Virus record (IMG/VR): IMGVR_UViG_3300048574_000528
Coordinates: 1-34,947 of that record
Length of the DNA stretch: 34,947 bases
Strand: one strand, 5' to 3'
Source: a virus
Taxonomy: Duplodnaviria > Caudoviricetes
Positions 16,180 to 24,048 of the stretch are shown in pieces; the first letter of the stretch is position 1; every line of letters starts with the position of its first letter. The notes beneath the pieces are model-generated. The model saw only the letters and a program-made list of their open reading frames with translations. It did not search any database and was not told the origin of the DNA. Both the position numbers and the translations under genes were made by a program.

Positions 16180-17716
16180 GGCCAAGGCGCAGCGCGCGGT
16201 GGCGTTCTTCGAACGGTACCTCAAACATGGCATCGGCCGGCACGCTGGACAGCCGTTTATTCTGCCGCCCTGGCAGAGGAAGATTGTACGGGACGTCTTC
16301 GGGACCGTCAATGCAGACGGCACGCGGCAGTATTCTACCGTCTACATCGAAATCCCGAAGAAGAACGGGAAATCGGAACTGGCGGCGGGCCTGGCGTTGT
16401 ACCTTCTGACGGCCGACGGGGAAGTGGGTGGGGAGGTGTACGGCGCCGCGAATTGCCGCGAGCAGGCCGGCATCATCTACCGCACGGCGCGGCGCATGGT
16501 GCAGCAGTGCCCGCAACTCCGCCGGCGTTGCGAGGTGCTGAACTCCACGAAGACCATCGTCTTTGGGCCGTCCGATTCGTTCTACCGGGCGATCTCGGCT
16601 GACGCTGGAAACCAGGACGGGATCAACCCTTCTGGGGTGATCTTCGACGAACTGCACCGGCAGAAGACTTCTGACCTGTGGGACATTCTCACCCTTGGCG
16701 GGGACACACGGGCCCAACCCATCACGGTCGCCACGACGACGGCCGGGGTGATGGACGAAAGCCCGCTCTGCTGGGAACAGCATGAGTATGCCCGGCAACT
16801 CATCGGGGGAATCTTCGATAACCCCAGCTACTACCCGGTGATCTTCGCTGCGGAAGACGGAGATGACTGGGAGGACCCGGCCGTCTGGGCCAAGGCAAAC
16901 CCGGCGATGGGGGACTTCCTCCCCGAGTCGCGGGTAGCCGAGGCGGCGCGCCTGGCGAAGCAGAACCCGGCGGAGCTGAACAAGTTCCTCCGCTTCCGGC
17001 TGAACCGCTGGGTGCAACAGGAGACGCGGTGGATACCGATCGACGAGTGGGACCGCTGCGGCGGGAAGGTGGACCGGAACGCGTTGCGCGGCCGGGTCTG
17101 CTACGGCGGCCTGGATCTCTCCACGTCGATCGATCTGACGGCGTTCGCGCTGATCTTTCCGCAGGATGACGGCTCGATCGACGTCCTGGTCCACTTCTGG
17201 ATGCCGCGTCGGGCGGTGGAAGAGCGCACGAAGAAAGACGGCGTCCCCTACGACCGCTGGGTGCAGCAGGGGCTCATCGATGTCACGGACGGGAACACAG
17301 TGGACTATACGGCAGTCAAGCGGCGGATTCTCGAATACTCCGAGGAGTTCGCGCTCCAGGAAGTCGGCTACGACGTGTATAACGCCAACCAGACGGCTAC
17401 GGAACTGAATGCGGAGGGCGTCGCCATGGTGCCAATCAGGCAGACGACGATGGGGCTCAACGCGGCCTGCCGAGAGCTGGAGAAGCGCTGGACGGACCAT
17501 TCCATGCGGCACGGTGGCCATCCCGTTCTCCGTTGGATGGCTGATTGTGTCGCCGTCAAGGAAGACGGTAATGGCCTGATGAAGCCGGTGAAGCCCAGCA
17601 GGCACTACTCGAAAAAGAGGATAGACGGCATCGTGGCTGTTCTGAATGGCTTGGCGAGGCTGATTGTCCACGGCGGAGACTCCGGCTATTCCCAGCCCAC
17701 GGTGATGGTGCTTTGA
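16166..17716 (+). CDS. terL: Terminase large subunit
   Basis: Walker A IPKKNGKS, Walker B VIFDELH, nuclease motifs GGLDLS and RIDGIVA. Start TTG 16166 or ATG 16157. Confidence 0.96.
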   Translation: MPFDEAKAQRAVAFFERYLKHGIGRHAGQPFILPPWQRKIVRDVFGTVNADGTRQYSTVYIEIPKKNGKSELAAGLALYLLTADGEVGGEVYGAANCREQAGIIYRTARRMVQQCPQLRRRCEVLNSTKTIVFGPSDSFYRAISADAGNQDGINPSGVIFDELHRQKTSDLWDILTLGGDTRAQPITVATTTAGVMDESPLCWEQHEYARQLIGGIFDNPSYYPVIFAAEDGDDWEDPAVWAKANPAMGDFLPESRVAEAARLAKQNPAELNKFLRFRLNRWVQQETRWIPIDEWDRCGGKVDRNALRGRVCYGGLDLSTSIDLTAFALIFPQDDGSIDVLVHFWMPRRAVEERTKKDGVPYDRWVQQGLIDVTDGNTVDYTAVKRRILEYSEEFALQEVGYDVYNANQTATELNAEGVAMVPIRQTTMGLNAACRELEKRWTDHSMRHGGHPVLRWMADCVAVKEDGNGLMKPVKPSRHYSKKRIDGIVAVLNGLARLIVHGGDSGYSQPTVMVL

Positions 17717-18933
17717 TGCTTGAAACCCTGGTCTCATTGATGGGCGCGGAGAACGTCCCGCCAGTGCCAGCGCGGCGCGACACATCCGGCTTGGCGAATC
17801 CGGAGCCGTGGTTGAGGGAAATACTGACCGGCGGTGTGCGAAGCGATGCCGGCATTGCGGTGAATGAGCACACTGCGCTCAACTATTCGTCCGTCCTGGC
17901 GTGCGTGCGAGTGCTGAGCGAGACCCTCGGGTCCATGCCTTGCATCACCTACAGGGCCGTCGACCAGAGCCGGGAGAAGGCGTCGGGCCACTATGCGTAC
18001 CGCCTGCTGCATGATGAGCCGAATCCGGAACACACGCCCGCAACATTCTTCGAGACGCAGATGAACCAGTGCGCCAGGTGGGGCAACTCCTACGCCTGGA
18101 TTGAGTGGAACAATGCAGGGCGTCCCAAGGCCCTATGGCCGCTGAACCCGGCTCACATGACAGTGAGGCGCGTGAAGCGCCGGCTCGTGTACGACTATCA
18201 GGACCCGGACGGGGAAATGACGGGGAAGTACTTGGCGGAGGATATCCTCCATGTCCGCACCATCGGCGATGACATGGTCGGCTGGAGCCCGATCCGCCTG
18301 GCGCGCGAGTCCATAGGCACCGGCATGGCCGCGGCGAAGTTCGGCGCGAAGTTGTTCGCCAATGGCGCCAAGATCGGCGGCATTCTCCAAGTGCCCGGCA
18401 AGCTGAAGGACAAGCCTCAGTTCACCGCCGACTTCAACAAGGCCTACGGCTCGGCCGAGAACGCCCAGAAGACTTTGGTGGTGGATGACGGGGCCAAGTT
18501 CATCGCGACCTCGATTCCGCCAGACGATGCCCAGTTCTTGGAGACGCGCAAGTTCCAGCGAACAGAGATTGCCTCCATCTACCGCGTCCCGCCGCACATG
18601 ATCGGTGACTTGGAGCGAGCGACGTTCTCCAACATCGAGCATCAGTCCCTCATGTTCCTGAGCTACACAATGCTGCCGTGGATCAAGCGCTTTGAGCAGG
18701 AAATCACGAAGAAGCTGCTTGGTGGCGGGTACTTCGCCAAGTTCCAGGTGCTGGAGCTGCTCCGCGGCGACATGAAGACGCGTTTCGAAAGTTACGGCAT
18801 CGGCATCAAGGACGGCTGGCTTTGCCAGAACGAAGTGCGGGCTTGGGAAGAGCTGCCGCCGATCCCCGGCGGCGACGTGTACCGCATGCAGATGCAGATG
18901 GTCCCGCTAGTTGGCGGGCAGGAGGGTGTGTGA
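17716..18933 (+). CDS. Portal protein, HK97 family
   Basis: LLHDEPNPEHT, GNSYAWI, DAQFLETRKFQRTEIASIYRVPPHMIG, FSNIEHQ. Confidence 0.96.
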   Translation: MLETLVSLMGAENVPPVPARRDTSGLANPEPWLREILTGGVRSDAGIAVNEHTALNYSSVLACVRVLSETLGSMPCITYRAVDQSREKASGHYAYRLLHDEPNPEHTPATFFETQMNQCARWGNSYAWIEWNNAGRPKALWPLNPAHMTVRRVKRRLVYDYQDPDGEMTGKYLAEDILHVRTIGDDMVGWSPIRLARESIGTGMAAAKFGAKLFANGAKIGGILQVPGKLKDKPQFTADFNKAYGSAENAQKTLVVDDGAKFIATSIPPDDAQFLETRKFQRTEIASIYRVPPHMIGDLERATFSNIEHQSLMFLSYTMLPWIKRFEQEITKKLLGGGYFAKFQVLELLRGDMKTRFESYGIGIKDGWLCQNEVRAWEELPPIPGGDVYRMQMQMVPLVGGQEGV

Positions 18934-19574
18934 AGAAGTCGATCGACTTGGGAATTCAAACGAGGGCGGCGGCGATCGCGCCGGCGTCAATCGACACGGA
19001 ACGGCGCACGGTGGAGCTCATCTGGAGCACTGGCGCGGCGGTGAAGCGTCAGGACTGGGTAACGGGTCGCACGTTCATCGAAGAGCTGAGCATGGACCAG
19101 TCCCATGTCCGTCTGGGGCGCTTGAACGGAGGTGCGCCACTGCTGAACTCCCATAGCCAGTGGCGACTGGAGGCGGTCCTCGGCGTGGTTGAACGGGCAT
19201 GGCTGGACGGAGGGGAAGGGCATGCCGTAGTGCGCTTCTCTTCCCGCGCGGACGTCGACGCCGTCTGGAACGACGTGCGAGACGGCATCATCCGCAACGT
19301 CAGCGTCGGCTATAAGGTCCACCGGTTCCAGGAGACGAGCAAGCCTGGGGCGGCTGTACCCACGTTCTTGGCAGTGGATTGGGAGCCGGAAGAGATCAGC
19401 CTGGTGAGCGTCGGCGCCGATGCCGGCGCCGGCGTCCGGGCAGAAGGCAACGGCCCTTGTGAAGTTGAGTTTCGGGTGGGCGGCGAATCCCTGCAGGCCC
19501 CGCCCCCGGCCGCGGCGCGGTCCCTGGAATGGGCGCGCAGGCGCCTGGATTTGGCCGAGCGGGAAAACCAGTAA
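18930..19574 (+). CDS. Prohead maturation protease
   Basis: PLLNSH, IRNVSVGY, WEPEEISLVSVGAD; GTGA overlap. Confidence 0.92.
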   Translation: MKKSIDLGIQTRAAAIAPASIDTERRTVELIWSTGAAVKRQDWVTGRTFIEELSMDQSHVRLGRLNGGAPLLNSHSQWRLEAVLGVVERAWLDGGEGHAVVRFSSRADVDAVWNDVRDGIIRNVSVGYKVHRFQETSKPGAAVPTFLAVDWEPEEISLVSVGADAGAGVRAEGNGPCEVEFRVGGESLQAPPPAAARSLEWARRRLDLAERENQ

Positions 19575-19582
19575 GGAGCAAA

Positions 19583-20821
19583 ATGCGTACCAAAGAACTG
19601 AGACGCCAGCGCGCCGCCATCATTGAGCAGGCGCGTTCGATCATGAACGAGGTCCCGGCCGGCGGAGCCATGTCCGCTGAGCAGAACGAAAAGTTCGAGA
19701 GGATGATGGCCGATGCGGACGCCATGCTGCGTACCATCGAGGCGGAGGAGAGGCTCGATGCGGCCCTGGCGGATCTGGATCAGCCCAGCATCCGCCGGAT
19801 GGAACGGTACGACGCAAGGAATGACGCCGACGTCGGTATCACGGGTAGCGAGGAATACCGCGCCGCCATGACCGGCTGGGTGCGCGGCGGTTTCGACGGC
19901 CTGCTGCCGGAACAGCGCGAGATGCTTAGCCAGTTCCGCGCCCAGTCCGCAGTCACCGGCGCGTCGGGCGGCTATACGGTGGCTCAGTCGTTCTACAACG
20001 GGCTGTTCGACGCCATGAAGCTCATCAGCTCCGTGCAGGGCGCCGGCGCGACGGTGTTGCCCACTTCCACTGGTGCGGATCTGCCCATGCCCTCGGCCAA
20101 CGATACGGCCAACACCGGCGAACTGGTGGGAGAGAACACGGCCGTCAATGCCCAGGACATCGCCTTCGGCCAGGTGATTTTGAAGGCCTACAAGTACAGC
20201 TCGAAGACCGTTCTGGTGCCCTTCGAGTTGCTCCAGGACGCGGCTTTCGACATCGAGGCCTACATTGCCAAGAAGCTGGGCGAACGCCTGGGCCGCATCA
20301 CCAACGCCCACTTCACCACCGGCGACAACAACAGTAAGCCCCAGGGCATCGTGCCTTTCTCTTACTTGGGAAAGACCGGCGCCGCCGGCCAAGTCACCTC
20401 CGTCACCTACGACGACCTGGTCGACCTGGAACACGCATTGGAACCGACCTACCGCTACAGCGGCAAGGCGCGGTTCATGTTCCATGACTCCACCCTGAAG
20501 GCCATCAAGAAGCTGAAGGACAGCCAGGGGCGCCCACTGTGGATGGCGGGTCTGCAGGTCCGCGAGCCGGACACCATCTTGGGCTACGGCTACACCGTCA
20601 ATCAGGACATGGCTGCCATGGCCGCCAGCGCGAAGAGCATTCTCTTCGGCGATCTCTCGAACTACGTCATCCGCGTGGTGAAGGACATCGCTCTCTACCG
20701 CATCTCCGACAAGTACATCGAGAGCGGACAGGTGGGCTTCCTGGCCTTCTGGCGCGGCGATGGCCGCGGCGTGGACGCAGGGACCCACCCCATCGTCCAC
20801 TACGCGAATCCGGCTGCCTAA
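19583..20821 (+). CDS. Major capsid protein, HK97 fold with delta domain
   Basis: Coiled-coil N-terminus, SGGYTV, ELLQDA, LKDSQGRPLW, FGDLSNY; AAGGAG RBS. Confidence 0.96.
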   Translation: MRTKELRRQRAAIIEQARSIMNEVPAGGAMSAEQNEKFERMMADADAMLRTIEAEERLDAALADLDQPSIRRMERYDARNDADVGITGSEEYRAAMTGWVRGGFDGLLPEQREMLSQFRAQSAVTGASGGYTVAQSFYNGLFDAMKLISSVQGAGATVLPTSTGADLPMPSANDTANTGELVGENTAVNAQDIAFGQVILKAYKYSSKTVLVPFELLQDAAFDIEAYIAKKLGERLGRITNAHFTTGDNNSKPQGIVPFSYLGKTGAAGQVTSVTYDDLVDLEHALEPTYRYSGKARFMFHDSTLKAIKKLKDSQGRPLWMAGLQVREPDTILGYGYTVNQDMAAMAASAKSILFGDLSNYVIRVVKDIALYRISDKYIESGQVGFLAFWRGDGRGVDAGTHPIVHYANPAA

Positions 20822-20844
20822 CTTGTCCCTTTCGTAACCAGCCT

Positions 20845-20874
20845 GGGGCGGGCTTCGGCCCGCCCCGATTTGTG
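20845..20874 (+). terminator. Hairpin after the capsid gene (weak intrinsic terminator or stabiliser)
   Basis: GGGGCGGGC-TTCG-GCCCGCCCC with a short T tract. Confidence 0.65.
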
Positions 20875-20881
20875 AGGTCTT

Positions 20882-21067
20882 ATGCGAGAAGTGAAGATCC
20901 TAGTGAGCATCGCCTCGGCGGACTGGTCCTATGTGCCCGGCCAGGTGGTGCAGATGCCCGCCGAACAGGCCGCCACGTGGATCGGCAGCGGACTCGCCGC
21001 CGGCGTGGAGCCTCAACCGAAACCGGAACAGGCGCCAGCTCCAGCCAAACCTGGAAAAAAGCGATGA
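20882..21067 (+). CDS. Small head-region protein
   Basis: GAGG RBS; PGQVVQMP..QAATWIGSGLA pattern with a Pro/Lys tail. Confidence 0.65.
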   Translation: MREVKILVSIASADWSYVPGQVVQMPAEQAATWIGSGLAAGVEPQPKPEQAPAPAKPGKKR

Positions 21068-21636
21068 ACCGCCGCCTGGTCACACTTGCCACCGAAGAGC
21101 CGTTGACGCTGGCGGAGGTGAAGACCTTCCTGCGCGTCGACCATGAGGAGGATGATCAGGAGCTCCAAACCATGATCCGCGCCGCACGCGAGCAGGCGGA
21201 GCTGCATCACGGTCGTGAGCTGGCGCGCCAGCAGTGGGATGTCTTTCTCGACGCATGGCCGGCCTACGAAATCCGCCTGCCATCGCCACTGGTATCTGTG
21301 GAGAGCGTCAGCTACAAGGCAATGGACGGCTCCACCGCGGATCTGGTCGCCGGCGTGGATTACTTCGCTGGCACAGATTCCGAGCCAGGCGCAGTCGTCT
21401 GCTGGCCTGGCAAGACTTGGCCGGCCACCGACCTCTGGCCTTCGGCACCAATCCGGATCCGCTGCACCTGTGGCTATACGCGCGAAGAGGTCACTGACGC
21501 ATTGAAGGCCGGCATGAAGATGTTGATCTCTGGTTGGTACGACAACCGATCCGGTTTCAGCGTCGGGAACATCGCGCACCCGCTTCCATTTGCCGCGCAG
21601 GCCTGCTTCGAGCTGAACCGCCTGATCATCTTCTGA
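21064..21636 (+). CDS. Head-tail connector
   Basis: EPLTLAEVKTFLRVD...MIRAAREQAE...WYDNR. Confidence 0.9.
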   Translation: MNRRLVTLATEEPLTLAEVKTFLRVDHEEDDQELQTMIRAAREQAELHHGRELARQQWDVFLDAWPAYEIRLPSPLVSVESVSYKAMDGSTADLVAGVDYFAGTDSEPGAVVCWPGKTWPATDLWPSAPIRIRCTCGYTREEVTDALKAGMKMLISGWYDNRSGFSVGNIAHPLPFAAQACFELNRLIIF

Positions 21637-21974
21637 TGCCGATCCAATCCAGCGAGCTTCGCCACCGCGTTGTCATCGAGGCGAACCAGCCACTGCAGCG
21701 CTCGGGATCTGGCGCTCCGGTCCCCAAATGGCAGCCATTGTGCACTAGGTGGGCGGCGATCGCGCCGCAGGCTGGCCGGGAATTCTGGGCGGCGAAGCAG
21801 ATGCATTCCGAGCTGACCCACCTAATCAAGTTGCGGGGCCCGCTGGAGCTGCAGCCGACGATGCGGGTGAGATTCGGCGACCGCGTGTTCGACATCCTCA
21901 GCGTGATTGATGTGGAAGAGCGGCACACGGAGATCCGCCTGGTCTGCAAGGAAGGTCTGAGGCAAGGATCGTGA
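21636..21974 (+). CDS. Head closure protein (SPP1 gp16-like)
   Basis: LRHRVVIE, WAAI.P..GRE, MRVRFGDRVFDILSV. Confidence 0.9.
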   Translation: MPIQSSELRHRVVIEANQPLQRSGSGAPVPKWQPLCTRWAAIAPQAGREFWAAKQMHSELTHLIKLRGPLELQPTMRVRFGDRVFDILSVIDVEERHTEIRLVCKEGLRQGS

Positions 21975-22540
21975 AGTCGGAAAACATCGAGGGATTGGCG
22001 CGTCTCCGGGCCCAGCTTGAGGCCATGACGCAGAGCCTATTCAGCGAGGAAGTCGCCCAGGTGTACCTCGCCGCGGCGCGGAAGTTGCGTGATGCGGCCC
22101 GCCGGCAGGCGCCGGTTTCCACGTGGCCGGTGATTTCCCGGTGGACCTGGAACAAAAAGACCGGGGAAGCGGAGAGTCAGAAGCGGATGGCGCAGGGGGC
22201 CCTCCGGAGAGCCATCATCGCCTACAAGCTGCGTAGCATTGGATCCAAAATCGCCGGCGGCCCGGCGGCCAAGGCGCAGGTCAACATTCTTCGCGGCCGC
22301 GAGCGTGCTCCGCATGGCCACCTTGTTGAGTTCGGAACTCGGACCAGGGTGGCCAAGAGCGGCAGAAGGATGCCGTTCCCAGCCAAAGGTGGGCGGCGCT
22401 GGTTGTTCGCTCGGGAGGTCAAGGGCGCCCCCGCGAATCCGTTCTTCAGCCGGGCCGTTCAAATGGCTGGCCAGTCAGCCCTGGACGCGGCGGCTCTGGC
22501 TGTCCAGAAGATCATTGAGAAATCGGCGGTGAAGCAGTGA
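21971..22540 (+). CDS. HK97 gp10-like neck protein
   Basis: HGHLVEFGT and PANPFF motifs; synteny. Confidence 0.85.
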   Translation: MKSENIEGLARLRAQLEAMTQSLFSEEVAQVYLAAARKLRDAARRQAPVSTWPVISRWTWNKKTGEAESQKRMAQGALRRAIIAYKLRSIGSKIAGGPAAKAQVNILRGRERAPHGHLVEFGTRTRVAKSGRRMPFPAKGGRRWLFAREVKGAPANPFFSRAVQMAGQSALDAAALAVQKIIEKSAVKQ

Positions 22541-22944
22541 CGTGCGCAGCCAGCCTGTACCACCACTTGGCGGCTCTGCCTGGTGTGGTGGCATTGGCGG
22601 GGGAGCGCGTCTATCCCATTCACGCCCCGCAGCTCACCACGAATGAGGAACTCCTGCCCACGCTGGTGTACCGGCTCAGCGGCCGGCGAGACGATCAGCT
22701 TCTCAGCGGCCCGATGACGATGGCCACCAGCACCTGGGAGATCGCGGTGGTGGCGGCCGACTACGACGCCGGCCATCAGCTCGCAGAGGCGGTGATCGAA
22801 GGGCTGAACTACTTCAAGGGGCGCATGGGAGGCCCTGAGGGTGTGTATGTCGAGGCGTGCTCCCTGCAGGACGCGGCCGACAGCGATGAGCCGGAATTAG
22901 GCTTCTATGCCCTGATTCTGCAGTTTGAACTCAAGTACAGATAG
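22537..22944 (+). CDS. Tail terminator (DUF3168-like)
   Basis: GERVYPIHAPQ...PTLVYR; synteny. Confidence 0.8.
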   Translation: MTCAASLYHHLAALPGVVALAGERVYPIHAPQLTTNEELLPTLVYRLSGRRDDQLLSGPMTMATSTWEIAVVAADYDAGHQLAEAVIEGLNYFKGRMGGPEGVYVEACSLQDAADSDEPELGFYALILQFELKYR

Positions 22945-22952
22945 GAGGGGCC

Positions 22953-23369
22953 ATGCCCTATAGCGCTTTCGCTGCCCAAGGCAGCCAGCTTGCGGTGAAG
23001 ATCGCCGCGGCCTTCGTGCCGATTCCCGGAGCGGAGGGAATCAGCGGACCGACCGGGACAAAGCAACAGATCGAAGTGACCGCCCTGAATGACACAGCGG
23101 CGAAGTTTGTGGCGGGACTGCCGGACTACGGCGACGTCAGCTTCACGTTGTTCTGGGACCCGGCGGATACCACCCACCAGAAACTGCTGACCAGCTACCA
23201 GACGCCTAATTCGGTGGACGAATTCAAACTCACCTGCTCGGACGCAGGCGCGGCGGAAGTCGCCTTCACCGGCCAAGTCACGGGCTGGAAGTTCTCATTC
23301 AACAAGGGCGCGGCCGGGACGGTGGAAGTGACCGTCAAGGTGAGCGGAAACGTGACGGTGACGCCGTAA
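22953..23369 (+). CDS. Major tail tube protein
   Basis: IEVTALND...FVAGLPDYG...VKVSG; AGGAGG RBS. Confidence 0.88.
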   Translation: MPYSAFAAQGSQLAVKIAAAFVPIPGAEGISGPTGTKQQIEVTALNDTAAKFVAGLPDYGDVSFTLFWDPADTTHQKLLTSYQTPNSVDEFKLTCSDAGAAEVAFTGQVTGWKFSFNKGAAGTVEVTVKVSGNVTVTP

Positions 23370-23824
23370 TGCCTCCCGAAGTCATTTCCCCCACCTTCAA
23401 GGTGCAGATCGGCGCGAAGGAATTCCCCCTGCGCTACCAGCACCGCGACATTGCCGAGGCGGAAGCCAGGACCGGCATCCCGCTGATCGGAGTGGCATCG
23501 CTTCCGATGTGGAATAGCGGCACGTCGGCCCACATCGCCGGCGTCCTGTTGTTCGCCGGATTGCTGCATGTGCTGCCGAATCTTACCCTGGAAACAGCCA
23601 GAGCGTTCATCACCTTCGACAACGCGGAGTACATCGAAACGACAGTGACCGACGCCTTCAAAGCGGCTCTGCCGAAGCGCACGAAGGATGATGACCAGGC
23701 CGCGGAGGAACAGCCCGACGCGATCCCTTTACCGCCGAGCAGTCCTCTGAGCGATACTGGCTCGACCTCTGGTCCGTCGCCGTCTTCGACCTCGGACTCT
23801 CCGAGCACGCCTTCTGGCGACTGA
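23369..23824 (+). CDS. Tail assembly chaperone (gpG-like)
   Basis: Lies between the tail tube and tape measure genes; Ser/Pro-rich end follows the slippery site. Confidence 0.8.
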   Translation: MPPEVISPTFKVQIGAKEFPLRYQHRDIAEAEARTGIPLIGVASLPMWNSGTSAHIAGVLLFAGLLHVLPNLTLETARAFITFDNAEYIETTVTDAFKAALPKRTKDDDQAAEEQPDAIPLPPSSPLSDTGSTSGPSPSSTSDSPSTPSGD

Positions 23825-24045
23825 CGCCCAGGAAATTCTGGGCACTGGTGGACCGGATGAACGCAGCAGCCAGGATGGCCGATCTCCGAAACGCACTGAT
23901 GCCCTGGCTCTACTACAACGCCCACCGTGGACACCATCCAGAGAAGGACGTTGAATCGTTCATGCCGGCGGAATGGCGCCGCCCGCGGAAACGGCAAACT
24001 GGTGCGGACGTCATTGCCCGCTTCCGGGCTCTGAAAGGGCAGTGA
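23369..24045 (+). CDS. Frameshifted tail chaperone (gpGT-like) via -1 slip at C CCT TTA, 23725-23731
   Basis: The -1 frame is open from the heptamer to 24045 and encodes LGLSEHAFWRLTPRKF. Confidence 0.8.
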
Positions 24046-24048
24046 TCT

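Noticed and set aside
15865-16450. Terminase duplication as a DGR template/variable repeat pair
   Set aside because: Mismatches are not confined to adenines, and I see no reverse transcriptase in the window.
16079-20800. Long minus-strand ORFs (568 aa and 496 aa) and similar antisense ORFs elsewhere
   Set aside because: Shadow frames of well-supported genes in GC-rich DNA, with no motifs.
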